DNA of 64,000 nucleotides from Octopus sinensis (GCF_006345805.1 NC_043003.1:63116001-63180000), one strand, 5' to 3'. Shown: positions 24,180-37,062, counted from the first letter of the stretch. Notes: generated from the letters alone by a model not told the origin. A program made the numbers and translations.

Positions 24180-24694
24180 CGTGTGTGTGTGTCTATATGT
24201 ATGTATGTATATGTATATACATATATATATATATACACATAAATATAAATATATAGATGTACACATGCATCATATATATATATATATATACCGGAGTAAA
24301 CACATAAATGTGAAACAAGGTGGAAAAAAGAGTACTCAAATACCAGTGGTAGAGTAATATGCTTTATTTAAAGCAGCAGAAAATTCAACCTTGAATTTTC
24401 TGCTGCTTTAAATAAAGTATATATATATATATATAAATTTATATCTAATATAGGATAACATTTTCAAAAAAAATTTATTAATGGCCAGCATATTAAAAAA
24501 TACCTTTAAAGGTTAAATTTGTAAACAACTTATAAACATATATATATGTATGTATGTATGTATGCATGCATGTATGTATATGTATATAATTAAAATCACA
24601 ATAAGGTTGAAAACATTGAATATTATTTAATAACATCAATTTAAAACACCACGTGGCCTAGCGTAAAAAAACTGTGATACAGTAAAAATTATTA

Positions 24695-25188
24695 ATACAA
24701 GTAATAAGAGAGAGACCACATGTGGTCACTCTAACGCTAGAAATAGATCCGCAAAGGGAATCCACCACTAAAGAATTGTTCACAAAGCATTAATTCAACA
24801 CGCCAAGAATGTGAGCAGGCAGGACAAATGAAAAATAACGAAAAAATAGATTAACCCTATACAATTGTTTCATCGTTAATAGATTGTGTAATTTTACTTA
24901 CATAATCATTTTCGAATCCTCAGTAGAGTATATCAAAAATATAATTTGCTGAACCGAACGCCAAAATCCATACGAAGCCAAGCAAAGGCAAACGGCACAG
25001 CCGATTATATTTGCAGTTACATTCAAATATCCTCTATTTTTTCGTTATTTTTCATTTGTCCTGCCCACTCACATTCTTGTCGTGTTGAATTAATGCTTTG
25101 AGAACAATTCTTTAGTGGTGGATTCCCTTTGCGGATCTATTTCTAGCGTTAGAGTGACCACATGTGGTCTCTCTCTTATTACTTGTAT
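24695..25188. repeat. Long inverted repeat (~155-bp arms, ~185-bp spacer)
   Basis: 24695-24849 versus 25034-25188 are reverse-complementary with about 3 differences seen by eye. Confidence 0.9.
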
Positions 25189-25199
25189 ATATGTATATA

Positions 25200-25258
<59 letters not shown>

Positions 25259-25281
25259 GTATATATATGTATGTTTGTGTG

Positions 25282-25319
<38 letters not shown>

Positions 25320-26339
25320 TGTCCTGATATCTAAAAATAAGAAATAGGAAATTTTTTTTTTCAAATTGATGAATAATTAAATTATTTGATTTAAGTTTCT
25401 CATAAAGTATTTATTATTTTGATCTTCTTATAATTACAACAATTATCTAACACTGTTAATAGGTTGCAGGGAGAAAAAATAGAAAAGACTTTTTTTTCTT
25501 TTTTTAATTTCTCCCTCTGATAAAGAAACTATTTGATTACATGGTCTGTTGTTAAGTACAGAGTTGATTATACAGTGTAGATGCTGGAATAAAAGCATGA
25601 TAAAATAAATTCTGTTCACGTTTATAAGCTAGACAATTAAGGAAAACAGTCAGTAAAATCACAGCAACATATTTTGTATTCTAAATTGTGTTTTATGCTT
25701 ATATAAAAAAAAGCAGTTTTTTTGTCTTTAAAATTTTTAGGTGAGAATCAAGAAGTGAAGTGGGTGAAAATAATCTGTCTTTACTTGTTTTAGTCATAGG
25801 ATTGCGGCCATGCTGGGGCACTGCCTTAATAAATCAATGTCAGTACTTATGTTTTTCTTAAAGTCTGGTACTTGTTCTGTTAAATGCTTTTGTTGAACTG
25901 CTAAGTTGCAGGAATGTGAAAAAAAAACACCAACAGTTGTCAAGTGGTGGTGGTGAAAGACAAACACTGACACACACACAGACACACATATGATGGCTTC
26001 CACTCAATTTCCATCAACCAAATTCACTCAAAAAATAATAGTTGACCCTGGGCTATTGTAAAAGACATGTACCCAAGGTGCCATACAGTGGGATTGAACC
26101 CAAAGCCATGGGGTTGCAAAGTGATCTTGTTAACCACACAGCTGTACCTGTGCATTCACAGTTGGTAGGTTTCTTCTTTTTAAAAAATGAATACAAAGAC
26201 ATAATTAAATGATCTGGGATCTAATTTCCCCTCACAGTGCCTCAAGCAATTATGTTTCTTTTGTAGAATGTAATCATGGCTTAATCAAATACCTTGTGAG
26301 TGGAATTTGGTTAACAGAAACTATAAGGAAGCCTACAGC

Positions 26340-27060
26340 ATATGAATAGAGCCAAAAGTGAAAAAATGTGGCCGTCCTAACTGTGGAACAAGCCCCCACC
26401 TTTTGAATGGTTCAAAATTCCACTTTAAACAAGGTGAAATATTTAAGATCAAATCAAATTTCACCTGTGCCTCAGAAAATCTAAACTATGCCATGACATG
26501 CTTAGGATGTGGTAATAACTATATTGGGCAAACAGGAATATCTCTCTGTCGAAGAACCAGTATCCACAAAGAACAAATCCGCCACCCACAATACAGACAT
26601 TTTCAAGTTAGTGAACACAGAAAGGTGTGCTAGGAATCTTAATCCTAATTTCCAAATTTTCCCCTTCTATCAATGTTCACAGAACACCTCAATGCAACAA
26701 AGAATGAATAAAGAGGCAACTTTCATCAATAAATATCTTCCCCAACTAACTATGAACACATAACATAATACAGAACACTACTAACCCTTCAATTAATACC
26801 ACTAACCCCCCATACATCCCTTACACCTTTCACATTACAATTCTATATGTAACCTAATTGCACCAAATCCAGAACTACTTACATCCCTTACAAATTATAT
26901 TTTTACTGAGGAACTATTAGACCTGACACCGTTCATTTACTGGTGTTCATTCAAAGCAATGAATAGTAACTTACGAAACCGTCGGTATGCTTGAATCTCT
27001 TTAATAATCTCACAATAATGACTTTTATTACTTTTATTCCTACCTCAGTTCATCTAATTG
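26340..27060 (+). mobile_element. Penelope-like element 3' part: GIY-YIG endonuclease remnant plus terminal repeat
   Basis: KCGRPNCGTSPHL...FTCASENLNYAMTCLGCGNNYIGQTGISLCRRTSIHKEQI...SEH; after a frameshift FQIFPFYQ...RMNKEATFINKYLPQL*. Degenerate hammerhead at 26954-26992. Confidence 0.85.
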
Positions 27061-27215
27061 TATATATCTTTCGTTACTTTTCATAAAAAGCATTTACTTT
27101 TTTATTTACAATGTGCATTTTCGTTGATTTTTCTTACTTTCCCATTACATTACAACACGTGTAGTTTCTATTTTCTTTTTGTAACATATTTCTATTATAT
27201 ATATATATATCTTAG

Positions 27216-27454
27216 ACAAAATGAGATAACAAAACCAAGGCTGTGAGTAGTTTTCAGGACATTTATAAGGAAAAGATATAGATATAGTCTTACAGGTGTT
27301 TCTGGGATATTATAGATATCCCTTCATCAGAGACGATATAAGATGAAGGGATATCCATAATATCCTAGAAACAGCTGTAAGACTACTTCTATATCTTTTT
27401 CTTAAAAATGTCCTGAAAACTACTCACAGCCTTGGCTTTGTATTCTCATTTTGT
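27216..27454. repeat. Fold-back inverted repeat (~113-bp arms, 13-nt spacer) of a Penelope-like terminal repeat
   Basis: 27216-27328 versus 27342-27454 are imperfect reverse complements; both arms contain hammerhead core motifs. Confidence 0.88.
27287..27334 (-). ncRNA. Minimal type-I hammerhead ribozyme (predicted)
   Basis: GUCU-CUGAUGA-a-GGGAUAU-cuaua-AUAUCCC-a-GAAAC-accu-GUA/AGAC: 4-bp stem I, 7-bp stem II, 2-bp stem III, GUA cleavage triplet. Confidence 0.65.
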
Positions 27455-27940
27455 TTAATATATATATATGCATGCTAATACAAGGCTCACATTAGACTCC
27501 TCACTCATATCACTATCGAACCAAGAGTTTAATAATGGTCTGACCATAGCACTTACTTAGCATTACCTGCCACTGTTTGGGTCTTCTAGATACCAATACC
27601 TCTCATATATATATACACACACACACATACACACATAGCAGGAGCTGATACATCAGTACAGAATCTAAGGCAGGCAGGTACAGTACAGTGTGAGCCAAAT
27701 GAAGTCGGATTTTGAGTTTTTGTTGAGTGTCCTCTCTGCAAAGCTCTGACTGGGTTTAGAGTTACTGACAGCAAAGTGAAGAAACCATACATTCTGTCAC
27801 TGAAGCTGTAGGGGTCACAAGATGACTTTGGTTAAAGAGGACAGATCATGGGTGTGCTACTTCCGGGATAGAATTTGATTAAACCCAACTGAGTCAACTG
27901 GGTAAGATGAAGCTTAAGGGATACTGAAAGAACTGTATAC

Positions 27941-28328
27941 ATTCTTTTATTTGTTTCAGTCATTTGACTGTGGCCATGCTGGAGCACCACTTTTAGTCAA
28001 GCAACTTGAACCCAGGACTCTTTCTTTGTAAGCCTAGTACTTATTCTATCAGTCTCTCTTGCCGAACTTCTAAGTTACGGGGATGTAAACACACCAGCAT
28101 TGGTTGTCAAGCGATGTTGGGAGGGGACAAACACAGCCATACAAACATATACATATATATATATACGACGGGCTTCTTTCAGTTTCTGTCTACTAAATCC
28201 TCTTACAAGGCTTTGGTCGGCCTGAGGCTATAGTAGAAGATACTTCCCCAAGGTGCCACGTAGCGGGACTGAACCTGGAACCATGTGGTTGGTAAGCAAG
28301 CTACTAACCACACAGCCACTCCTGCACC
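27941..28328 (-). mobile_element. SINE family A, full length
   Basis: Reverse complement matches 6598-6973. Confidence 0.8.
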
Positions 28329-29769
28329 TATATACATATTTTGCATTTCAAACCCAAATTATTTTCTATAATACATTTAACATGTATAATTTGATCATCA
28401 GCATAACTGTCTCTTTACCTGCTCAATTTGATCCCTCTTATGAACTTTCTTTACCTTGTGGAATCAATCCTCTGTAAAGAATTTGGAGTCTAAGTTTGAA
28501 TCTTTTGAGCATTACTATCTTCTATATGGAGAATCTCTGGATCTCATCTGTGATCTGTGTGTGTGTGTTTATTATATATATATATTTTTATATATATATT
28601 CACACAAATAATATACATACATACACACACATGTATGTATGTATGTATGTATATATATATATATATATATACATACATACACACATACATATATATACAT
28701 AGAAATATATACATACATGCACACACAATCACACATACATGTCTGTATGTGTGTCTGTACATGTTTTACCATTGTAAACTGATGCTTTGAATGCATCTGT
28801 TTTATGCCAAAATGTTGCTATCAATAACTAAAGATCAATAACATAGAGCCAGACTGAAATAATTACTATGGTTGCTATGCATGACTATAAAAACATTGAT
28901 GGTGGTGCTGTAGCATGGCCAGAATCAAATGACTGGAGCTTGTAAGAGAAGATAATAGAGTATAATGAGACCGAGGAATTGCAGAAAGTTCTGAACAATG
29001 GACTGAACTTCTTATAATATTCTGTTATACTCATCAATGTCCCAAGTTCAAATTCTGCAAGGGAAAGACTTCACTTTCCATTACTCTAAAATCAATAAAA
29101 TAAGAACTTTTTAATTCAATGGAGAGGAAGCAATCAACCAATAGATTCCATGACAAATTTTTAGCTTAAAAAGTACCCTTGATGGTGCCACATGAAAAGC
29201 ACCCATGTCAGCACCTTATGAAAAGCACCAGTACCAGTGGCCTTGTAGAATATGCCGAGGTTCATGCCATGTAAAGTGCAGTCATGCTGGTGCCACTTAA
29301 GAAATGCTTCTACTGATGCCAGGTAAAGAAGCACTGGTGCTGGCTTTATGTAAACAACATCCATACCAGTGCCACATAAAGCACCCAGAACACTATAAAG
29401 CGGTTGGCATTAGGAAGAACATCCAGCCATAGAAACCATACCAAAAGAAATGACAGGAGCCTTGTGCAGTTCTTCAGCTTGCCAGCTCCTGTCAAACCAT
29501 CCAACCTATGCCAGCATAGAAAATGGATATTAAACGATGATGATGATGATGTACATCATCAATATCATCATCATCATTGCTTTAACATTCACTTTTCTGC
29601 GTTTGTATGGGTCAGATGGAATTTATTGAAGTAGATTTTCTAGAGCCAGAAACTAAAAGGGCCATTATGTACATATGCACATGTGTGTGAAACTGCTCAT
29701 GTCTCTTAGACACGAAAATATGTGTATTGGATCCTATCAAACCATCCAACTCTTACCAGTTTGGAACAT

Positions 29770-30480
29770 AAATGTTGAAGGATGATGAGCAAGAAAGAAG
29801 ACAAAATTCTGTTCCCGCTTGATAAAAGGCCTTGCTCAATATGTAGGAAAAGTGTTGGAAGTAATTCCATTTGCTGCATCCAGTGTAAGCTATGGATACA
29901 TAAGAGATTCAGTGGACTCACAGGTAATTAACAGATAAAGTGGTCTTCGTATGTGGCAGATGTGCAGGAACAATAAGCAGTAAGAGCACATGAGACTTAG
30001 ATTCTCTCAAAGATCCAGGAGGCTCACTTGAGGTTGAAGATAGTTTTCATTATCTAGGTGACCAAATTAGCAATAGTGGAGGATGCTCTGAAAGTATTGT
30101 TTCCAGAATAAGAATAGAATGGAGGAAGTTCAGTGAGCTATCACCTTTGTTGGCAACAAAAGTGCTCTTCTCAGAGTGAAAGGTAAACTATATGATGCCT
30201 GTGTGCAAATGGCTGTACTCCATGATAGTGAGACATGGACTCTGAACACAGAAAACATGCATAGACTGGAGAGAAATGAAGGCAGTATGTTCCATTGGTT
30301 GAGTAATATCAGTGTGCATCTATGACAAAGTGCAAATGTATTGGGAGGAAAGTAGCATGCAAAAGAGAAGACTACATTGGTTTGGACTACAAATGAAGAC
30401 AGTTGCATAAAGAAATACAAGACGTCTGGTGATATGAAGTTCTTGAGAAAACCTGATTATGTCAGCAAAACTGAGTTCTC
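29770..30480 (+). mobile_element. Old, decayed RTE copy (same family)
   Basis: ccttgctcaatatgtaggaaaagtgttgg...cagtgtaagctatggatacataagag...ctaggtgacc...tatgatgcctgtgtg...agtgagacatgg aligns by eye to 53500-54150. Confidence 0.75.
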
Positions 30481-32633
30481 GGAGCACTGTGCGTTCCACC
30501 CACATATAAGGAAACTTTCCACACACCCTACCCCCAACAAATCAAACTACATCTCTTCTCTTCCTCACATCTCTCTCATGCCCTCTGCTTATCTCTCACT
30601 CCCCAATCCTGTCTTCTCAGTCCTGTTCACTGTATCATTGCTATGCAGTAGCCCCACCCCGCTGCCTCTATATACCCAAGTTTTCACCACTCACTACATT
30701 CCTCGCCACCACCACCATCACTCTCTACTCATGCTTCTTTGGCAATGCCCTACCACTTATATCATGATTTCTGTACCTCAAGGGTATGCTTGGGCTCTTG
30801 CCGCCATCTCTCTCTCTCTCTCTCTTCTTTTACTTCATCATCCCATTTCTCTCCCTTTCTCCTGCTCTTCCCTCAACACACCTGTTTCTGTCCTCATCTC
30901 TCTCTCCCTCTTTCTCTTGCCATGTAACCATGTACCTCCCCTACAGCAAGACACCTACTTCTACCTCTCTGTTTCACTCTAACCGTTCATCATCTGACAG
31001 AAGATCACCCCCCCTCCAATGCCCCCTCCTCCCTCAAAGGATCTTTGTCATGCAAGTTACTTGGTGATCCTGCCAGTGCTGGTGACACAGAAAAAGCAAC
31101 CAGTGCACTCTCGGAGTGGTTGGCATTGGGAAGGGCATCAAGCTGTAGAAACCATACCAAACCAGACTGGAACCTGGTACAGCTCTCTGGCTTATACCAG
31201 TTCCAGTCTAACTGTTTAACCCATGCCAGCATGGAAAGCAGACGCTAAATGATGATGATGATGATGATGATAATACGTATCTGTGTTTATGCATATATAT
31301 GTGTGTGTTTATATGTATAAATCTTTATATATATGTGTGTGCGCATGTATGTATGTATATATGTATGCATGCATGTATGTATGTATGTATATATATGTGT
31401 GTGTGTGTGTATGTGTATATATATATACATACTTTCCTGTATCATCATTATTTTGTGTCTGCTTTCCATGTTGGTACATGTTGGATGAGTGTAGGATGTC
31501 AGAAAAGACCTCTCCAACGCATGCCAACATGGAAAGTGGACATAAAATGATGATGACGACGATGACGATGAAAAGGAGGGTTGTGGTGGTGGTGGTGACA
31601 ATGATTATGATGATATAAAAGCATGTTGTAGTCTGCTTGATGTTTTATAAAATATAAAGAAAAAAAGAAACTTCTAGAAATATTGCAGAAGACCGAGAAT
31701 AAAAAAATTTTGAGTTATTGCCTTAAAAATACTTAATGATCTTGGTATTTCAGATAACATGCTCTTTTATGAAGGGTTGGGAAAGAAATAATATCCATGC
31801 AGGCTGATACATTATCACATGCTTAACATGACAACCAACAAGGATACTTATTTTTTCTCTCTCCCATTATCCTAACCTTCGTAAAGGGGTATTTTACCCA
31901 AAATATCAGGATCATTATTTTTAAGGAAATGATTCAATTTGCTTCTGTTCTCAGAACTGATATGGTGCCAGACAATGCAAAAATGACTTCATTATATAGG
32001 GACAGATGTGGCTGTGTAACAAGTAGCTTGCTTACCAATTATATAGTTCTGGGTTCAATCCTACTGCATGGCCTTGTGAGTAGATTTGGTAGATGGAAAC
32101 TGAAAGAAGCCCACCACATGTGTGTGTATGTGTGTGTGTGTGCGTGTGTGAATAAATATAAGAGCCAAGATAAATTGTAGGAAGGTTAGCTTCAAGCAAT
32201 CTGTAGTAAATATTAAAAAAAACAACTTTCAGAGATAACAGTGGTTTCTTGAGACAGAAGGTTGTGGTTTACTTTCAAAGTATGATAAACTGAAAAGAGT
32301 TCTTTATATTTTACAGTAGGTAACCTGGGTTGCTGGGTATGTGAAAAAGAATGCAAAAGTTTAAGAATGGCATAGATAAGATCAGGGCTATCTTCCTGGC
32401 GTTAACATGTACCTTTTTGTGTGTACAGTTTGTCATAGACCATGCCTTTCTTTTGCTGTGCTCAAATCTCATTTGTGAACCCATGGAAAACGAACCTCCA
32501 CCAACTATTCTGTTTATATGTCTGTGCATACCTTTCAATGCAATGTATACCAGCACTGACACCGCCATCACCTCTACTATTACTATTAACACCACCACCA
32601 TCGTTACTTCTACTACCTCAAATACTACTACTG

Positions 32634-32705
<72 letters not shown>

Positions 32706-33404
32706 GTATTTCAGACCAATGGTGCCTGCACATGGTCACATGGAATAATTTAATTCCCTTTCTCAAATTACGCACAAACAACTTATGAAAAGAAGACACA
32801 TTAAACAATGTACCCCTACATATACCATGCCCCCAAAACAAACAAAGAAAAAAGATACTGAATTCCTGCCTTTCATTTAAGTCTAGATCCATTCCTTTTA
32901 TCACAGACCCTTCTTCCACCATTTCTTCATTTATAGCAACCTTCCTGCTTGTTTAAAACCCTGATTCTGCAATTCTCTGCCTATGTCTTCATAGGAGTAT
33001 GCACATATTTATGTTAACAAATTGACAATCATGACCTTTCCTTTACATTGTTTTATTATCCATTTTCATGCCACATTTTGTATCTTCCCCTCTCCCCGCT
33101 CCCCTACATCCTGCACCCAACCCTCCACCCACCATCACTTCCCAACATGCTTCCTGTCATTGCATGAGCATGTTGTAGTATGTACTGCATGTATGTATAA
33201 GCATATGTCTGTGTATACACACACATGTGCGTGCACACACACACACACACACACACACATGTACATGCATAGAGATAGATAGCTATATAGACAGACAGAC
33301 AGATAGACAGACAGATAGATAAATAGACAGACAGACAAACAGATGGATAGATAGATAGATAGACTGACAGACAGATAGATAAATAGATAGATAGACAGAT
33401 AGAT

Positions 33405-33898
33405 ATGTTTCTTTATTAGCCACACAGGGCTGCACACAGACGGGACAGATTACAAAGTAGAGCTTTTCTTTTTGGGGAGAAAAAAAAAGACAGACAGACA
33501 GATAACTTTCTTTATTGGCTAAACAGGGCTGAACACAGAGGCGACAAATACAAAGGAAGAGCTTGTCTTTTCGAAAATGAAAAAGAAAAAAAGGAGAAAA
33601 AAAGGGAACAAATGTAAAATTCTGATCAAAAGGGATCGGAAAAAAAAAAGCAATCAAAAGGGGTCATGTATCACAGAAGAAATTTTTAAAAAGTAAGAAA
33701 TAAGATTAGGTTTATCCGTGGAAAGAAAAGCCTACGGAAAAGACCACAGTAACCTCAGGCAGGGAGGGAATATAAACACGAGAGCAAAGTGCTCTCTCTC
33801 TTTTTACGATTTACAGGATCATGCTCAAAGTGTTTTCATCACTTGCACACACCATCTTTGCTACATTCACCCGTCTTTTTTTGAAACTTCCTTTTCAA
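33405..33898 (-). mobile_element. LINE 3' end, possibly Tx1/L1-like, with duplicated tail, bounded by (GATA/GACA)n
   Basis: Minus strand SFKKRRVNVAKMVC / SDENTLSMIL*, then UTR; tail tgtc..tctgtgt..agccctgt..gc.aataaagaaa present twice (about 33405-33460 and 33500-33560). Confidence 0.4.
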
Positions 33899-33937
33899 GA
33901 CAGACAGACAGACAGACAGACCGACAGACAGACAGAC

Positions 33938-33968
<31 letters not shown>

Positions 33969-34454
33969 TAGATAGATAGATATAGGTAAAATATAAGTTT
34001 CAGTTGAATTAGGTACTTAAATTGAAGCACCTCGTTATGCCAGAATAATATACACACACAACAATATTATATAAATATCAAACTTAGTACATAAGCACTG
34101 GCTGAGTAATATTCATGCTGTGTATGTAGACAATTAGACCCAGTTGAGTACAGATATCCACTCTTGAGCTATTCAGACATTATATTTAATATACGGTCCA
34201 TAATATTTAAGAAGGGCAAATTCACTTCACTGAAACAGCAGCAGAATCACTGAAATTCTTTTTCTCAGTGGATATTAAACTATGTTGAATCATTTTGAAT
34301 GTCTTTAATTTTGAAGTTCATAAATTCATCTGATGGAAACGGTTTCTTTATAATGATGTAATGCTTTCCTTAATCAATTAAAGAAGTCGTTAGAAACAGC
34401 CATAATGGATTGGCACCTGTATTTCTACTGTTACTCACTTATATATATATATAT

Positions 34455-34841
34455 ACTAGCAAAGCGCCCATCCATCCAATGGACGGTGCTGAGTTGGAAG
34501 AGAAAAAAGTCTATCTTTATTTCTTCTTTTGCTGGTGTCTCAAATTTAAGTTAAATCAGTGTTTCTCAAAGGGGAGGTCTATGGGACGGTTGGACAAGTT
34601 GTTTTGAGAAAATTTGCCACACCTTGCAACAGCTGATGTACTTGCATGTACAAATGCACGTTCCCACGGCTTTATAGATCACATTCTCACCTGGAATTGA
34701 TTTTTGTAATTTTTTTCAAGACTTATACACGCCCTGATACCGTCGGTATCGACATCAAATTTGAGCGCAATCGGAGGGAGAATTCCTGAGATCCTGGAAG
34801 ACACACACACAGACAGACAGAACGGATTTTATATAATAGAT
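34455..34841 (+). mobile_element. Non-autonomous Helitron/Helentron-like element
   Basis: Starts ACTAG plus short hairpin (ccatcc...ggacgg); ends with (GACA)n and ttttatataatagat, an architecture like HINE/DINE-type elements. Confidence 0.45.
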
Positions 34842-35099
34842 ATGTTCATTCATGTATTGATGTTCATATATATATATGGTATTTTTCTGAAATACATGTA
34901 TGTTCTATAAAGCATTGAATACCTTACCTGTTTTCTGTGCAAAATTATTATTTCTATTATTTGGCTTGTATTCTGCACCCAAGCCTATTTCAAGGCTGAA
35001 GCCCTGCATTGTGCTACACTGTATACTGGAATGGCATGTGGAACCCACAACTGAGCTTCATCTTTGGCTATGTCTCATACTTCACAATGCTTTTACATA

Positions 35100-35448
35100 T
35101 ACAGGATGTGTAAGGCATTTGAGGAGATACCTTTTTTTGGTTATTGCTGCATTTTTTGCTAACTCTGTATCATCTTTGTTTCAGAAAATAATAAAGGTAG
35201 ATGCTCAGCTTACTCAAGAAATGAAGAGGCATGCTGCTACTGTGGTCATAAAAGCTGAGCATGGCAATTTAGAAATATCTCAATTTTTAAAAGTTGCCAG
35301 ATCTTTTGTCTACAATGTTTGTAAAGAGTTAGAGAGCAAATATGGAAACATATCACAAGTATCAAAGCATAAAAAGCATTCCAAATGCTCTGAAATCATC
35401 AGAACACTTGAATTAATCCAGCAAGTTCAACAGACTATTGATTACAAT
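35100..35448 (+). mobile_element. Tc1/mariner superfamily (maT/DD37D-like) 5' remnant
   Basis: TA+caggatgtgt end; TQEMKRHAATVVIKAEHGNLEISQFLKVARSFVYNVCKEL...RTLELIQQVQQTID resembles a paired-like HTH N-terminus. Confidence 0.6.
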
Positions 35449-35735
35449 CTCAGAATCTTAGGGTTAGTAGCCCACGCTCTTAACCACTACGCCATATGCC
35501 CGATTCCAGGCAGTGACCTGAATAATAATAATAATAATAACAACAACAACATCGAAATATACCTTAGAAACGAGAACCCAGGTTTGAAATTTCCCCAAGA
35601 CACCTGATGAAGGCTGGAGGGTATATCAGCTGAAAAGTGGTGTTAAAAACAAACAAGATGAGGACAAATATCAAACAAATGTAAATAATGCAAATAATGT
35701 ACATAATTCCTCATCTCTTAAATATAGAACTGTAG
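35449..35735 (+). mobile_element. tRNA-headed, hammerhead-bearing repeat with inverted 5' head
   Basis: 35449-35502 reverse complement is cgggcatatggcgtagtggttaagagc...attctgag (A box). Forward continuation attccaggc..., then GACAC-CUGAUGA-a-GGCUG..CAGCU-GAAA-agug-GUGUU at 35599-35644. Confidence 0.55.
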
Positions 35736-37012
35736 ATACATGTTGCACCTTGGGTAAGTGCCTTCTTCTATATCTCCTGACTAACCAAAAGCCATGTGAG
35801 TGTATCTGAATTAAATTGAAACTGAAAGAAGCCTGTCATATAAATGTGTGTGTGTGTGTGTGTTTGTGCCTCTAAGCCTTGACATTGCATTATAGCTGGA
35901 AGCTAGGGTCACCATCATGCAGGTGGTGTCCTTCATTGCCAATCTTCCTTGAAAACCTGCCTGGTCATGGGGAAATGTTACCTTAATTGGATACAGGTGA
36001 GGGTTGATAACAGGAAGGATATCCAGCCATAAAAATTCTGCTTCAGTAACTTCCGTTTGAAAATTCTATTGAAAAGTGGACTCTAAAACGATGATGATGA
36101 TAATGATGATGACGACGACGATGATGAGATGGAAGAGGAGGAAGTGGATGACGACAATGATGACAATGATGATGACGATGACAACAGTGATGATAATGAT
36201 GACGACGAAGATGATACATATGTATATAGATATATTACATATACTTTAGCCTCAGGCCAAACAATACAATGTGAGGGAATTTACTAAATGAAAACCTCCA
36301 GGAAGCTTGTCGTACATGTAAGTGCATGTATATGTGTATGTATGTGTGTATACTGGGGAGATTGAGAGAGTGAAAGAGAGAGAGAGAAAGAGAAAGAGAG
36401 CGAAAGCATCCCTTTGACAATCTGTATTTGAGTACTGTACTCTTTGTACTTTGCTGCACAATTGAAAGCATACATACAACTTCCAACAGTTTAAGAGAAG
36501 GCCCTTAGTAATGACAAAGTAACAGATAATGAATATTTACTTAGCTTAAACAAACAATCACTTCACAGTGGCCTCTTTGAGAAAACAAGGAATAATACGC
36601 TGTTAAGTACAAGTGCTGCTAACACTGATAAGACCAATTACCAAACTAAATGAATTTTCAAATGATAAAATGAGGAAGAGACATATAAAGTGAGAGGCTG
36701 GAATGTTAGAATAAAAGAGAGAAAGCCAAAAAGAAGGTTTTTTTTTTTTTTATCAATAATGGTTTTTTAATTCATGAGAATTTGTGATTCTTTGAGATTA
36801 TCTCCAATTCTAATTCAAGAGTTAGTAGCAATTACTGTTAGATGTTTATTCGTTTATCTTCCCCTTGAAGTGAAGATTATTTCAATAAACCAAGAATCTA
36901 TTTTGTACAATATTTAATTTGCATAAATTCATGTTATGTACCACACTTGGTTAATTTTATCAGTTCGTTTTTGCTTTTTTGCTTTATACCTGCATGCACA
37001 CACACACACGCA

Positions 37013-37053
<41 letters not shown>

Positions 37054-37062
37054 TGCACTCTC

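Noticed and set aside
30377-30982. 201-aa ORF
   Set aside because: Begins in decayed RTE and continues through C/T-rich low-complexity DNA that is poor in stop codons.
32311-32922. 203-aa and 145-aa overlapping ORFs
   Set aside because: Openness largely explained by the (ACT)/(GCT) triplet tract; no recognisable domain or convincing splice sites.
34900-35607. 235-aa ORF as an intact gene
   Set aside because: Chimeric read-through of flank, transposase N-terminal remnant, inverted tRNA-like head and (AAT)n.
36080-36215. Acidic (GAT/GAC/GAG) stretch as coding
   Set aside because: Tail of a decayed RTE-like repeat; no bounded ORF.
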